Shown here: positions 34,055 to 43,491 of the stretch, one piece after another
Layout of the letters: each line of letters opens with the position of its first letter
How positions within the stretch are numbered: position 1 is the stretch's first letter
IMG/VR virus record: IMGVR_UViG_3300029177_000001
Location: 26,630 to 90,629 of that record
Source: a virus
Reading direction: 5' to 3' (one strand)
DNA: 64,000 bases
Notes under the pieces: generated by a model
The model's input: the letters and a program-made list of their open reading frames with translations, nothing else
The model's database searches: none
What the model was told of the DNA's origin: nothing
Made by a program: the position numbers and the translations under genes

Positions 34055-34261
34055 ATGAAAAAGAACTTTAAAATTACAGGATTCTCAGCATTTATATTTA
34101 TCAACATTCTGTTCTCCATTCAATGTTTGCTTGTATGTGGAGCAATGAAATTATTAACGTTGATTTTGCCTATTGATTTCAATCTGGAATTAACAGTTGT
34201 GACATTTACAGTATGTAAGGCATTTCAGATTATTGGATGTTCTGTTAGATCTAGGGAGTAA
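34055..34261 (+). CDS. small membrane protein
   Basis: 'ITGFSAFIFINILFSIQCLLVCGAM'. acggaga RBS. Confidence 0.5.
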   Translation: MKKNFKITGFSAFIFINILFSIQCLLVCGAMKLLTLILPIDFNLELTVVTFTVCKAFQIIGCSVRSRE

Positions 34262-34273
34262 AAAACGAAAGAG

Positions 34274-34705
34274 GTGTCAAAAGAATTGTGGATTAGCAGA
34301 AAAAGATTTAAAGAGTTGGAAGAGAAGTACAAGAGATTAGAACAAATACAAGATACTCAAAATAATTATTTAAATCGTATAGAACGCATAGAAAGAATTA
34401 TGAAAAATGCAAGGGACGGAAAAGTAAATTACGTAAGAAAAAATAGATCTTGTGTCAGCATCAATGATTATCTTATGGATGAGTTATATTACATTTATTT
34501 AGATAATTTAGAGTATGAAATTTCAGTACCGTTTTTACAAAAAATATATGATGTTAAAAGAACGAAAAATAAAAATGTTGTTATTGTCATGAGTAGAGAA
34601 AATACTACAGATGATGATCCTGTATATTGTAATTTTGTCATTGATTTGCAATCAGGAGATAAGGTAGAGATTACATTGGATGAAGTAAATAAATTGAAAA
34701 TTTAG
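34274..34705 (+). CDS. hypothetical protein
   Basis: GTG start. Plus-strand array. Confidence 0.5.
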   Translation: MSKELWISRKRFKELEEKYKRLEQIQDTQNNYLNRIERIERIMKNARDGKVNYVRKNRSCVSINDYLMDELYYIYLDNLEYEISVPFLQKIYDVKRTKNKNVVIVMSRENTTDDDPVYCNFVIDLQSGDKVEITLDEVNKLKI

Positions 34706-34728
34706 TTTCGTTTGGAGGACGAAGAATA

Positions 34729-35085
34729 ATGGGAGTAGAATTTTATACATGTGACAATTGCGGAACAACATTTCCAGATTGTGGGGAATACGTATCATGT
34801 GAAACTTGTCGGACAAAATGGCGTTGTGATGAATGCGCTGAAGAAGATGGTTATGTGAGAGAACATTGTAAATTGCATCCAGATTTAGATGATTATGACC
34901 TTATGTATGAATATAGAAAAAAACATTGTAAATACGACAGTTGTACAGACTGTGAGCATTATGTGCCTGATAGCTGCAAGTATTGTAGAAAAGAAGATTA
35001 TCCTGACAATGTGTTACTGGATTATTGCATGGAATTACTCGGTGTTACAAGAGATCAGTTAGTTGAGAAATATAATAATAGGTAA
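34729..35085 (+). CDS. Cys-rich (multi-CxxC) protein
   Basis: 'CDNCG...CETCRTKWRCDEC...CTDCEH...CKYC'. ggaggac RBS. Confidence 0.55.
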   Translation: MGVEFYTCDNCGTTFPDCGEYVSCETCRTKWRCDECAEEDGYVREHCKLHPDLDDYDLMYEYRKKHCKYDSCTDCEHYVPDSCKYCRKEDYPDNVLLDYCMELLGVTRDQLVEKYNNR

Positions 35086-35090
35086 AGAGT

Positions 35091-36119
35091 ATGAATCTGA
35101 AACAAATTAAAGAAACGATAAAGAAACAAGAATATGATTTCTTAAAAGAGAATGAGCACTTAGGTAACAATATTATCTTACTTACGCTTGGCGGCAGTCA
35201 CGCATATGGAATGGATAAAGAGGACAGTGATTTAGACGTAAGAGGAGTTACACTAAATAGCAAAGAGGAAATTCTTCTTGGAAAAGACTTTGAACAGGTT
35301 GTAGAGATTGATACAGATACGACAGTTTATTCATTCAATAAAATTTTACAATTACTAAAATCAAACAATCCTAACACTATTGAAATTTTAGGATGTAAAC
35401 CTGAGCATTATTTATATTTGTCTGATGTTGGAAGAGAATTGTTAAATAATAGAAAAATGTTCTTATCCAAGATTTGTATTAATTCTTTTGCAGGATACGC
35501 TTCAAGTCAATTAAGGCGTATGGAGAACAAAGCTGCTAGATTAGTTGGACAAGCACAAAATGAAGAGTACATTTTAAAATCAATTAATAATGCAAGTTAT
35601 GATTTTAAAAATCGTTATTTCCCAATGAATGATGGATCACTCAATCTTTATACAGATAAAGCAGTACAGGAAGGCTATGACACTGAAATTTTTATGGATA
35701 TTGACTTGCGACATTATCCTCTAAGAGATTGGGCTGGTATGTGGAATGAGATGAAAGCTATTGTAAGTAGTTATAACAAAATCGGTAGGCGAAACGAAAA
35801 AGCAATGAACAAGGACAAACTTGGAAAGCATATGGCTCATTTGATCAGATTATACATGATGTGTATTGACATTCTTGAAAAAGAAGAAATTATCACTTAT
35901 CGAGATAAAGAACATGATCTACTTATGAGTATACGAAACGGAGAATACTTAGATATCAATAGGCAGCCAACTTCTGAATTTTATGATTTGCTAAATGAAT
36001 ATGAAAAACGATTCGATTACGCTAAAGAAAATACTTCGTTGCCAAATGTACCGGACTACAAGAGAATCGAAGAGTTTAAAATGTATGTAAATGAACGAAT
36101 TGTGAAAGGAGATATATAA
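35091..36119 (+). CDS. PF10127 (RlaP)-type nucleotidyltransferase
   Basis: 'ILLTLGGSHAYGMDKEDSDLDVRGV' is a Pol-beta-superfamily NTase G[SG]..YG...SD.D motif as in the PF10127 family. Confidence 0.7.
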   Translation: MNLKQIKETIKKQEYDFLKENEHLGNNIILLTLGGSHAYGMDKEDSDLDVRGVTLNSKEEILLGKDFEQVVEIDTDTTVYSFNKILQLLKSNNPNTIEILGCKPEHYLYLSDVGRELLNNRKMFLSKICINSFAGYASSQLRRMENKAARLVGQAQNEEYILKSINNASYDFKNRYFPMNDGSLNLYTDKAVQEGYDTEIFMDIDLRHYPLRDWAGMWNEMKAIVSSYNKIGRRNEKAMNKDKLGKHMAHLIRLYMMCIDILEKEEIITYRDKEHDLLMSIRNGEYLDINRQPTSEFYDLLNEYEKRFDYAKENTSLPNVPDYKRIEEFKMYVNERIVKGDI

Positions 36120-37081
36120 TGGATATTTCTGAAAAACTGAAAGAACGTTTCTGTAAAGATTGTAATATTCCATTGAAACTATTTAAGGAACCATATTTTA
36201 CAGACAGACTTCAATTATATGATAACTATTACAATACATTGGATAAATGGAATATTTTTGTAAGAGAATTAGATAAATATAAGTGTGAGCAAGATTATCT
36301 TGAAGAATATAATCGAGTAAAGAATGCTGCAATAAAGGACATTAAAGATTCTGATGGTTACAAGAGATTTAATGTAGAAGACATGAATAAGTACACAGTA
36401 AAATACAAAGATCTTCCGGGAAAAGATATTTATAAACCATCAAACATCGGAAAACTGTTTATCAGTATTGATATGAGAAAGGCAAATTTTTCAGCATTAA
36501 AATTTTATGATAAAAGTATTTTTAGTAACTCTGATACATGGGAAGAATTTATTGAAAGATATACGGAGAATAAACATATCGTAAACAGCAAATATATTAG
36601 ACAAGTCATTCTTGGAAACTGTAATCCTAAAAGGCAGGTGACTTATGAAAAATATTTGATGGGTCTTGTATTAGAAGTTCTTATTGATGAATTAGGATAT
36701 TCCACTAGTGATATTGCGTTTTACTCTAATGATGAAATTGTTATTGATATGGGAAAATATAAAGGCTGTATAAATAAACAAAAAATATTAGAAATGGCAG
36801 TTAACGTACGTTTTAATATTCCATTCAGGATTGAATTGTTTTACTTACACAAAATTACTGGTACAGATGGATATTACAAGGAAATTGTAAAAAATATTAT
36901 TGAAATAGAATATGAATTTAAATGCTTAAACAATTATACATTACCATTTGTGCTGAGAAAGTTTAATGGAGAAGAAATCACTGAAAACGATAAAGTATTT
37001 TATCATGAAGGGCTACTATCAAAGTTTATGGAAGTACCAAATATGGAGGTAAAATTGAATGAAAATAAATATTCCGTCTGA
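36119..37081 (+). CDS. hypothetical protein (possible palm-type nucleotidyltransferase)
   Basis: Coupled on both sides (ATG overlaps upstream stop; 23-nt overlap with cca). 'ISIDMRKANFSAL' and 'FYSNDEIVID' are loosely reminiscent of family-A polymerase motifs A and C. Very tentative. Confidence 0.55.
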   Translation: MDISEKLKERFCKDCNIPLKLFKEPYFTDRLQLYDNYYNTLDKWNIFVRELDKYKCEQDYLEEYNRVKNAAIKDIKDSDGYKRFNVEDMNKYTVKYKDLPGKDIYKPSNIGKLFISIDMRKANFSALKFYDKSIFSNSDTWEEFIERYTENKHIVNSKYIRQVILGNCNPKRQVTYEKYLMGLVLEVLIDELGYSTSDIAFYSNDEIVIDMGKYKGCINKQKILEMAVNVRFNIPFRIELFYLHKITGTDGYYKEIVKNIIEIEYEFKCLNNYTLPFVLRKFNGEEITENDKVFYHEGLLSKFMEVPNMEVKLNENKYSV

Positions 37082-38396
37082 TGCAAATGAGTTGATTCAT
37101 ACACTTCAAAATCACGGAAATTCCGCTTATGTGGTAGGTGGTTGTGTAAGAGATAGCATCATTGGAAGACAAATTCACGATTGGGATATTTGTACATCTG
37201 CAACACCAGACGAAATGCTGGAGATTTTTAAGGATAAAAAAGTAATTGAAACTGGCTTAAAACACGGAACTATAACTGTTGTGGTAAAAGGAGAATCATA
37301 TGAATTAACAACATTTCGTATTGATGGAAAATATTCTGATAGTCGTAGACCTGATTCAGTAATTTTCACAAGTAGTTTAATTGAAGATTTAAAGAGACGT
37401 GATTTCACAATCAATGCAATGGCATATAATGATGACGAAGGATTAATTGATCCATTTGGGGGATTAGAAGATATTGAATATAAAAAAATTCAATGTGTAG
37501 GTTCTGAAAAAGATAGATTTGGAGAAGATGCTTTAAGGATCTTGAGAGCAATTCGTTTTGCTTCTCAACTTGAATTTGTGATGACCCCGGAAACAAGTTA
37601 TGAAATCAATAAACAATACAAAAATTTGAAGAATATTTCGATTGAGAGAATAAATAGTGAGTTTTGCAAAATCGCCGCATCAAGAGATTTCTGTGTAGAA
37701 ATGGTTTTATATAAAGATGTGTTTGCATTGTTTATACCGGAATTAAAAGATATGTTTGAATTCCAACAGAATAACCCATATCACGATTATGATGTTTACA
37801 GTCATACAGTACATTCAATTGAACATTGTAAATCCGATAATTTGGTTGTTAGATTGGCGGTTTTCTTTCATGATATTGGAAAACCTCATTCATTTCAAGA
37901 TGGCGAAGACGGTATTAGACACTTTAAAGGACATGGAAAAGTTAGTGCAGACATTACAGACAATATTATGAAACGTCTCAAATTTGACAATGAGACAAGA
38001 AATAATGTGGTTGAATTGGTGTATTACCATGATGCAACCTTTGAGGTTGGTAAAAAATATGTGAGAAGATGGATCAATAAGATTGGAGTAGAACAGTTTA
38101 GAAGACTATTGGAAGTTAGGAAAGCAGATATTTTAGGGCAGAAAGAATCTTATGAGCAGTATAGGATTAACAAAGTTAATAATATTAAACAAATTCTTGA
38201 AGAAGTTCTACGAGAAGAAACATGTTTTACACTTAAAGATTTAGCTGTCAATGGCAACGATTTAATGAGTATTGGTTATAAAGAAAACAAAGAATTAGGC
38301 AATACACTAAATGAATTATTACGATTAGTAATTGATGAAGAATGTCCTAATAAAAAAGAAAAATTATTAGAAGTAGCAATTGAAAGGAGAATGTAA
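37059..38396 (+). CDS. cca: CCA-adding enzyme (tRNA nucleotidyltransferase) with HD domain
   Basis: 'YVVGGCVRDSIIGRQIHDWDICT', 'RRDFTINAMAY', 'EDALRILRAIRFASQL' and HD 'FFHDIGKP'. ggaggt RBS. Confidence 0.9.
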   Translation: MKINIPSDANELIHTLQNHGNSAYVVGGCVRDSIIGRQIHDWDICTSATPDEMLEIFKDKKVIETGLKHGTITVVVKGESYELTTFRIDGKYSDSRRPDSVIFTSSLIEDLKRRDFTINAMAYNDDEGLIDPFGGLEDIEYKKIQCVGSEKDRFGEDALRILRAIRFASQLEFVMTPETSYEINKQYKNLKNISIERINSEFCKIAASRDFCVEMVLYKDVFALFIPELKDMFEFQQNNPYHDYDVYSHTVHSIEHCKSDNLVVRLAVFFHDIGKPHSFQDGEDGIRHFKGHGKVSADITDNIMKRLKFDNETRNNVVELVYYHDATFEVGKKYVRRWINKIGVEQFRRLLEVRKADILGQKESYEQYRINKVNNIKQILEEVLREETCFTLKDLAVNGNDLMSIGYKENKELGNTLNELLRLVIDEECPNKKEKLLEVAIERRM

Positions 38397-39302
38397 TTGA
38401 TTAAATTATTCACACACCGGGATTTAGATGGAATTGGTTGTGCGGTTCTGGCACAATTGACATTTGGTAAAAATGTAGATATTACATATTGTAACTATGA
38501 TGAAGTAGATTCTCTTGTGAAAGAATACATTACCAAAATGGACAAAGATCATGATACGTGTTTTATTACAGACATTAGTATTAAGGATGATTTGGCTTCT
38601 GAGATTGATAGAGAATATAAAAATAATTTCAAATTATTTGATCATCACAAAACAGCATTAGAACTCAATAAATATGATTGGTGTACTGTTGAAACAGAGA
38701 ATAATGATACAGGTCTTATGACAAGCGGTACAGAATTATTTAGTAAATATCTGATTGACCATAAATATTTAGATGTGGATGTAAGTGATTTTGTAAGAAT
38801 TGTAACAGATTACGACACATGGAGATGGTCAACACTTGGTAAGGACGGACTCGTTTCAAAAGATGTAAATGACTTGTTGTATTTATATGGAAGAGAAAAA
38901 TTTGAAACGTGGTGTATTAGATGTATTGAATCTGGCAGATTTCCTCATTTTGACCAAGAGTCAAGTTTGATGTTGTCATTTAATAGGAATGAAATTGAAA
39001 AATATATCAAAGAAAAAGATAAGACAATTATTGTTAAGTGCAATGGAGAATATATGTATGGTGTTGTTTTTGCAGATAAATATATCAGTGAATTAGGTAA
39101 TGAATTATGTAAATTGAATAGAGAACTTGATTATATTGCAATTGTAAATATGAGTACACGTTCAGTTTCTTATAGAACTATCAAAGATGATATTGACATG
39201 GGTATGATTGCAAAGAAATATGGAGGCGGTGGTCATCCAAAAGCAGCAGGATCAAAATTTGATGTTTATAAACTTGCAAGATTTCTTGATGAGTTGTTGT
39301 GA
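38397..39302 (+). CDS. DHH-family phosphoesterase (NrnA-like)
   Basis: 'THRDLDGIGCAV', 'FITDIS', 'LFDHHKT' and 'YGGGGHPKAAG' (DHHA1 GGGH). Confidence 0.8.
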   Translation: MIKLFTHRDLDGIGCAVLAQLTFGKNVDITYCNYDEVDSLVKEYITKMDKDHDTCFITDISIKDDLASEIDREYKNNFKLFDHHKTALELNKYDWCTVETENNDTGLMTSGTELFSKYLIDHKYLDVDVSDFVRIVTDYDTWRWSTLGKDGLVSKDVNDLLYLYGREKFETWCIRCIESGRFPHFDQESSLMLSFNRNEIEKYIKEKDKTIIVKCNGEYMYGVVFADKYISELGNELCKLNRELDYIAIVNMSTRSVSYRTIKDDIDMGMIAKKYGGGGHPKAAGSKFDVYKLARFLDELL

Positions 39303-39319
39303 TATGGAGAATAAGAAAT

Positions 39320-39679
39320 ATGGAGCTGACAAGAGAAGAAGCGGTTTCAGAACACAGAAAAATGTGGAACTGGATTGCAGATAAGATTGAAGAAGAAAAG
39401 AGAGATCAAGATATCTTTGATTTAAAAGAAGAATATTGTAATAGAGAAGGATATAACGACATAAGAAGCGATTGTTTTTGTTGTGGATATACAAAATACA
39501 TTTGTGATTATTGTCCTATCGAGTGGGGAAGTGAGGTTGAATATTTTATGTGTCTTGATAAATATGAAGACAACGATTACAAAGGATTGTATTCATTATG
39601 TTGTAACGAATCAGATTGGAGGGAACAGGCAAAATTAGCAAGACAGATTGCAAATCTACCAGAAAGAGAGAATGTGTAA
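39320..39679 (+). CDS. hypothetical Cys-rich protein
   Basis: ORF track 39299..39679. ATG 39320 after tggaga. Confidence 0.5.
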   Translation: MELTREEAVSEHRKMWNWIADKIEEEKRDQDIFDLKEEYCNREGYNDIRSDCFCCGYTKYICDYCPIEWGSEVEYFMCLDKYEDNDYKGLYSLCCNESDWREQAKLARQIANLPERENV

Positions 39680-39680
39680 T

Positions 39681-40043
39681 ATGGATAGATTATATAGAAC
39701 AGAATTAGGGGTTAGTTTAGACATATACGATAAATGCCCTACGTGTAGTATTTGCTGGAATTGTGATATCCCAGTAAGAGAATGTGGATACATGTACGAT
39801 GCACTAGAAAAACTTGCAGAATATGAAGATACAAAATTGACACTTGAGCAGATACGGAACCTGAATGAGCGTGACACAGCGAAGAAACCAGATATCGAGG
39901 GAGACGGGTATGCTCCAGATGGAACATTTATATATGACACCTGGATCTGTCCAAACTGTAATGAACATTACGAGATTGATTACGATGACTATGATTTTTG
40001 TCCGAAGTGTGGACAAAGAATTGATAGGAGTGAATTGAAATAA
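39681..40043 (+). CDS. zinc-ribbon protein
   Basis: ORF track 39648..40043. ATG 39681 avoids overlap. 'CPTCSICWNC' and 'CPNCNE...CPKCGQ'. Confidence 0.5.
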   Translation: MDRLYRTELGVSLDIYDKCPTCSICWNCDIPVRECGYMYDALEKLAEYEDTKLTLEQIRNLNERDTAKKPDIEGDGYAPDGTFIYDTWICPNCNEHYEIDYDDYDFCPKCGQRIDRSELK

Positions 40044-40136
40044 AATGGCGAATAAGAAATGCAACAATTTAAAAATTCAAAAATTTGTATTTCACGAACC
40101 CGCATGGTTGCTACGTTTGTTGGAGGTGAAAATCGA

Positions 40137-40382
40137 ATGAAACTGGAATTTCAAACGGAGAATAAAGATACAAAGGTGATATCTCATCCAAGAAGCAGAA
40201 AAGAACTTTGGAGGGATATACATAAAGTACTAGAAGACATGGGATTCAAAACCTATTACCAGAGATTGTATATGGAGAATGATAAATTAAAAATAGATTT
40301 TGGATCACACACTGAATTCTTCTATGTGACTGATTTAACAGTTTCAGATCTGAGAGAGTTATCAATTGAAATTATCAATTGA
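40137..40382 (+). CDS. hypothetical protein
   Basis: ORF track 40059..40382. ATG 40137 after ggaggtga. Confidence 0.5.
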   Translation: MKLEFQTENKDTKVISHPRSRKELWRDIHKVLEDMGFKTYYQRLYMENDKLKIDFGSHTEFFYVTDLTVSDLRELSIEIIN

Positions 40383-40601
40383 GTAAGATAATTCACGTAT
40401 AAAATTGCAAATCAATAGTTTCTATAAATTCAAATTATAGAATTAAATAATTTAAAAATTTGTCGTGAAAGTGCGACAGTTTCTTAAATGCACCCATTTT
40501 TGGGGTTTTACATAGAAATTTACATATTAGTAACTCTATGCTCCGGCTGCTGTGCGGTCGTTCACATATATAAATATACATACAAAAGGAGATTTTATTT
40601 T

Positions 40602-41789
40602 ATGGCAAGAAAAGAAAAAGCAGTTTTAGAAAAAAAAGGATGGTCAAATTCATTTGTACTGGTTGGAGAGGCAAAAATTAATGCTGATTATACATACAAA
40701 TTGGATGAACATTCTGAGAAATCAGATTGGGTTTACAATTCATTAAATCTTGGTGTTGATTGCGGAGATGTATGCGGAACAGTTTATGCCGAATTGATGG
40801 GCGGATATGGTGCAGAACGAGACAATGTTGTTTATGTCCATGGTAAAGACGCAGATGGCAAGGATGATTTTGAAAACAGATTTACTATTGATTGGGATGA
40901 CAGGTTTGATGAAAAAATCTTGGAGTCTGTCGGAGATTTATGTTTTATGACTGTCGGTCTTGAAAAGGATAAAAATGAAAAGGTGTTTTACAAAAAATTC
41001 TTAACACCATATGACATGATCGCTTATATCAATGAAAATCTAGAGGATGGAATGGTTGTTAATGTAAAAGGACAGCTTAAATATTCTTCATACGAAGGCA
41101 GTGTACAGGTAAAAAAAGAAATTTCAAGTCTTGTGCTTTCCAAAGTAGATGACAGAAGTAAGTATCATGCAAACTTTACACAGACAATGTTGCTTACAAG
41201 AGATAGTGTTGGCAAGCCAGACAAATCAACAGGAATTTTGCCAATCTATGCAAAGATTCTCGATTATGTAAAAGAGTATAAAGGAAAAGAAGTTAGATGC
41301 AATATTCCATATGATAAAGCATTTGAATATGAACTCGATTTAACTAAACCGGAGATGTCACAGAAAGTAATCGAAAAACTTTTTAAAGTGAAAAAGGGAG
41401 TTACAGAAATTACATTTGAAGGAGATTTGATTGAAGGCGGAGCAGTAGTCACAGCAACAGAAGATGATATTCCAGACGACATCAAAACTCTTATTGAGAT
41501 TGGTGTATTCACTTTAGAAGAAGCTCTTCAGAAATGTACTGTTAATTCAGGAAGAGAAAGGAGAATGGTTATTAGAAGACCACAGATTAAAAATGTTGAG
41601 GGAAAAGATGGGACAAAAACTCCAGTCCTCCAGAAGTTTGAACAGAAGTACGACGAAGATGATTTGATTCTTGATTTTATGTATGAAGAAGAATCAGAAG
41701 ATGAAAATAGTGATGTTTACGTCGAAGACGAATCTGAGGATGTTGCAGAAAATCCAAATGATATGTCATGGCTTGATGCACTTGGATAA
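40602..41789 (+). CDS. replication-module protein with acidic C-terminal tail (possible ssDNA-binding protein)
   Basis: ORF track 40488..41789. ATG 40602 after aaaggaga. First gene of the replication block. Tail 'EEESEDENSDVYVEDESEDVAENPNDMSWLDALG'. Function inferred from position and tail only. Confidence 0.6.
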   Translation: MARKEKAVLEKKGWSNSFVLVGEAKINADYTYKLDEHSEKSDWVYNSLNLGVDCGDVCGTVYAELMGGYGAERDNVVYVHGKDADGKDDFENRFTIDWDDRFDEKILESVGDLCFMTVGLEKDKNEKVFYKKFLTPYDMIAYINENLEDGMVVNVKGQLKYSSYEGSVQVKKEISSLVLSKVDDRSKYHANFTQTMLLTRDSVGKPDKSTGILPIYAKILDYVKEYKGKEVRCNIPYDKAFEYELDLTKPEMSQKVIEKLFKVKKGVTEITFEGDLIEGGAVVTATEDDIPDDIKTLIEIGVFTLEEALQKCTVNSGRERRMVIRRPQIKNVEGKDGTKTPVLQKFEQKYDEDDLILDFMYEEESEDENSDVYVEDESEDVAENPNDMSWLDALG

Positions 41790-41796
41790 AAGCATT

Positions 41797-41870
41797 AAAA
41801 AGTCTACGCAGCACAAGACTGCGTAGACAGCAAATAAAACACAAATACATTGAATAATTTGGAGGATAGA
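41797..41870 (-). ncRNA. candidate antisense small RNA (copy 2) overlapping the RBS of ORF 41875
   Basis: Minus strand: conserved core (complement of 41835-41863), 10-bp hairpin (41828-41819/41811-41802), UUUUU (complement of 41801-41797). Upstream promoter weak (TATATT only). Confidence 0.35.
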
Positions 41871-41874
41871 ATAT

Positions 41875-42987
41875 ATGGCAAGAAAATTTGGAAAGAAAAA
41901 AGAAGTGAAAATTGATCCATTAGCTTACAACATTGGACTGGCAGGATTATCTGGTATCGGTAAAACTACTCTTATTAAAAATGTATGTGAGGAACTTGTT
42001 GGAGAAGACGGATATTTAATGTTGGATATCGGGAAAGAAAGTGGACATGATTGTATTGATGGAATTGTGAGTGAAGAATGTGCGGACTGGGAGAAGTTAG
42101 ATGAAGTTCTTGATGACATTATTGACAATAGAACAACAGATTACAAAGATTTGAAAGTGATTGTTTTCGATACATTAGATGAATTATTTACAATTGGAGA
42201 GGAAGAAACGATTGCACAGTGGAATCGATCAAATCCGGACAAACGAACCAAAACAATTAACAGTGTAAATGGCGGATTTGGGAAAGGTCTTGATGCCTGT
42301 ATTGAAATGGTATTAGACAGAATTTGGTCTTTAAAAGATGTTGGAATTTCATTCATTGTAATTGTACATACAAAAACAAAAGACGTGGAAGATCCAATTA
42401 CAGGACAAACATATCAGGTTATTACAGCAAATATGCCACAAAGATATTTTAATGCAATCAAAACAAAATTAGATATTTTTGGTGTTGCATATATTGACAG
42501 AGATATTGTAACAGAAAAACTTGGTAGAAAAGATATTAAAGGAAAAGAAATTACAAGGAACGTTGTTTCAAAAGAGGCACGTAAAATTGCATTCAGATCA
42601 GATAATTATAATCTTGATAGTAAATGCAGATTTCCAGAAATTGTAAGCGAAATCGATCTTGATCCACATCAGTTTATCCAGGCAATTACAGATGCTATCA
42701 AAGCAGAACAAGCTAAATCAGGTAAATCATTTGAAGAATCTGAAAAAGAACAGGCTGCAAAGGAGGCAGAAGAAATGAAAGAACTGGCTAAAAAAGAGGC
42801 AGAAAAGAAAGAAGAGAAAAAAATTGAGTTTGTGATTGATCAGATTAAAGATTTTATCAAAGACAATAAGGGGAATATGGAAGCAATTAAACCATTGCTT
42901 GAATTTTCAAAAGAAAATGGATATGCGAACCCAACTTTAATTGACGATTTATCAATTGCGGAACAGGCATTGAAAATTATTGCTTAA
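41875..42987 (+). CDS. AAA_24 / Sak4-like RecA-fold ATPase
   Basis: 'YNIGLAGLSGIGKTTLIKNV' (Walker A), 'LKVIVFDTLDE' (Walker B). Size and position typical of phage AAA_24 recombination ATPases. Confidence 0.7.
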   Translation: MARKFGKKKEVKIDPLAYNIGLAGLSGIGKTTLIKNVCEELVGEDGYLMLDIGKESGHDCIDGIVSEECADWEKLDEVLDDIIDNRTTDYKDLKVIVFDTLDELFTIGEEETIAQWNRSNPDKRTKTINSVNGGFGKGLDACIEMVLDRIWSLKDVGISFIVIVHTKTKDVEDPITGQTYQVITANMPQRYFNAIKTKLDIFGVAYIDRDIVTEKLGRKDIKGKEITRNVVSKEARKIAFRSDNYNLDSKCRFPEIVSEIDLDPHQFIQAITDAIKAEQAKSGKSFEESEKEQAAKEAEEMKELAKKEAEKKEEKKIEFVIDQIKDFIKDNKGNMEAIKPLLEFSKENGYANPTLIDDLSIAEQALKIIA

Positions 42988-43002
42988 TAGGATGGTGATG
43001 TA

Positions 43003-43476
43003 ATGAGAGTAAAGCCTGAATCAGTGAAGATGACAGATGTTGAAAAGCAAGAATGGGATGAACTATACAGATATGTAAAAAAAGAAATTCTATTTTATGA
43101 CGACAATCAGAGTTTGTCCAGTTTTATTTGTACTAAACTAAAAGGTATTAGAACCGGTAAATTTATCGAAAATAAAAAAATCAAAAGTCAGGCTGAGTAT
43201 CCATACAAAATCATTTTATATACATTCCAGATATGCAGACCAAAAATATTGGCTGCATTATCTGGAAAAACATTTGAGTCAGAAACACAGAAAATTAATT
43301 ATATTTGTGCAATTGTAAGAAACAACATAAACGACGTTTATGAGATGGTTAAGAGAAAAGAACGTAACGAAGAAAAAGTTAAAACTATGGATACAAATAT
43401 TCTGACACATAAAGCAGCTCATTACCAAACAAAAACTAAGGAATTAAAAAACGATAAATTAAAAAACTTATGGTGA
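43003..43476 (+). CDS. hypothetical protein (between ATPase and helicase; possible loader/organiser)
   Basis: Position only. No motif recognised. Confidence 0.5.
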   Translation: MRVKPESVKMTDVEKQEWDELYRYVKKEILFYDDNQSLSSFICTKLKGIRTGKFIENKKIKSQAEYPYKIILYTFQICRPKILAALSGKTFESETQKINYICAIVRNNINDVYEMVKRKERNEEKVKTMDTNILTHKAAHYQTKTKELKNDKLKNLW

Positions 43477-43491
43477 GGAGCATATTAACTA

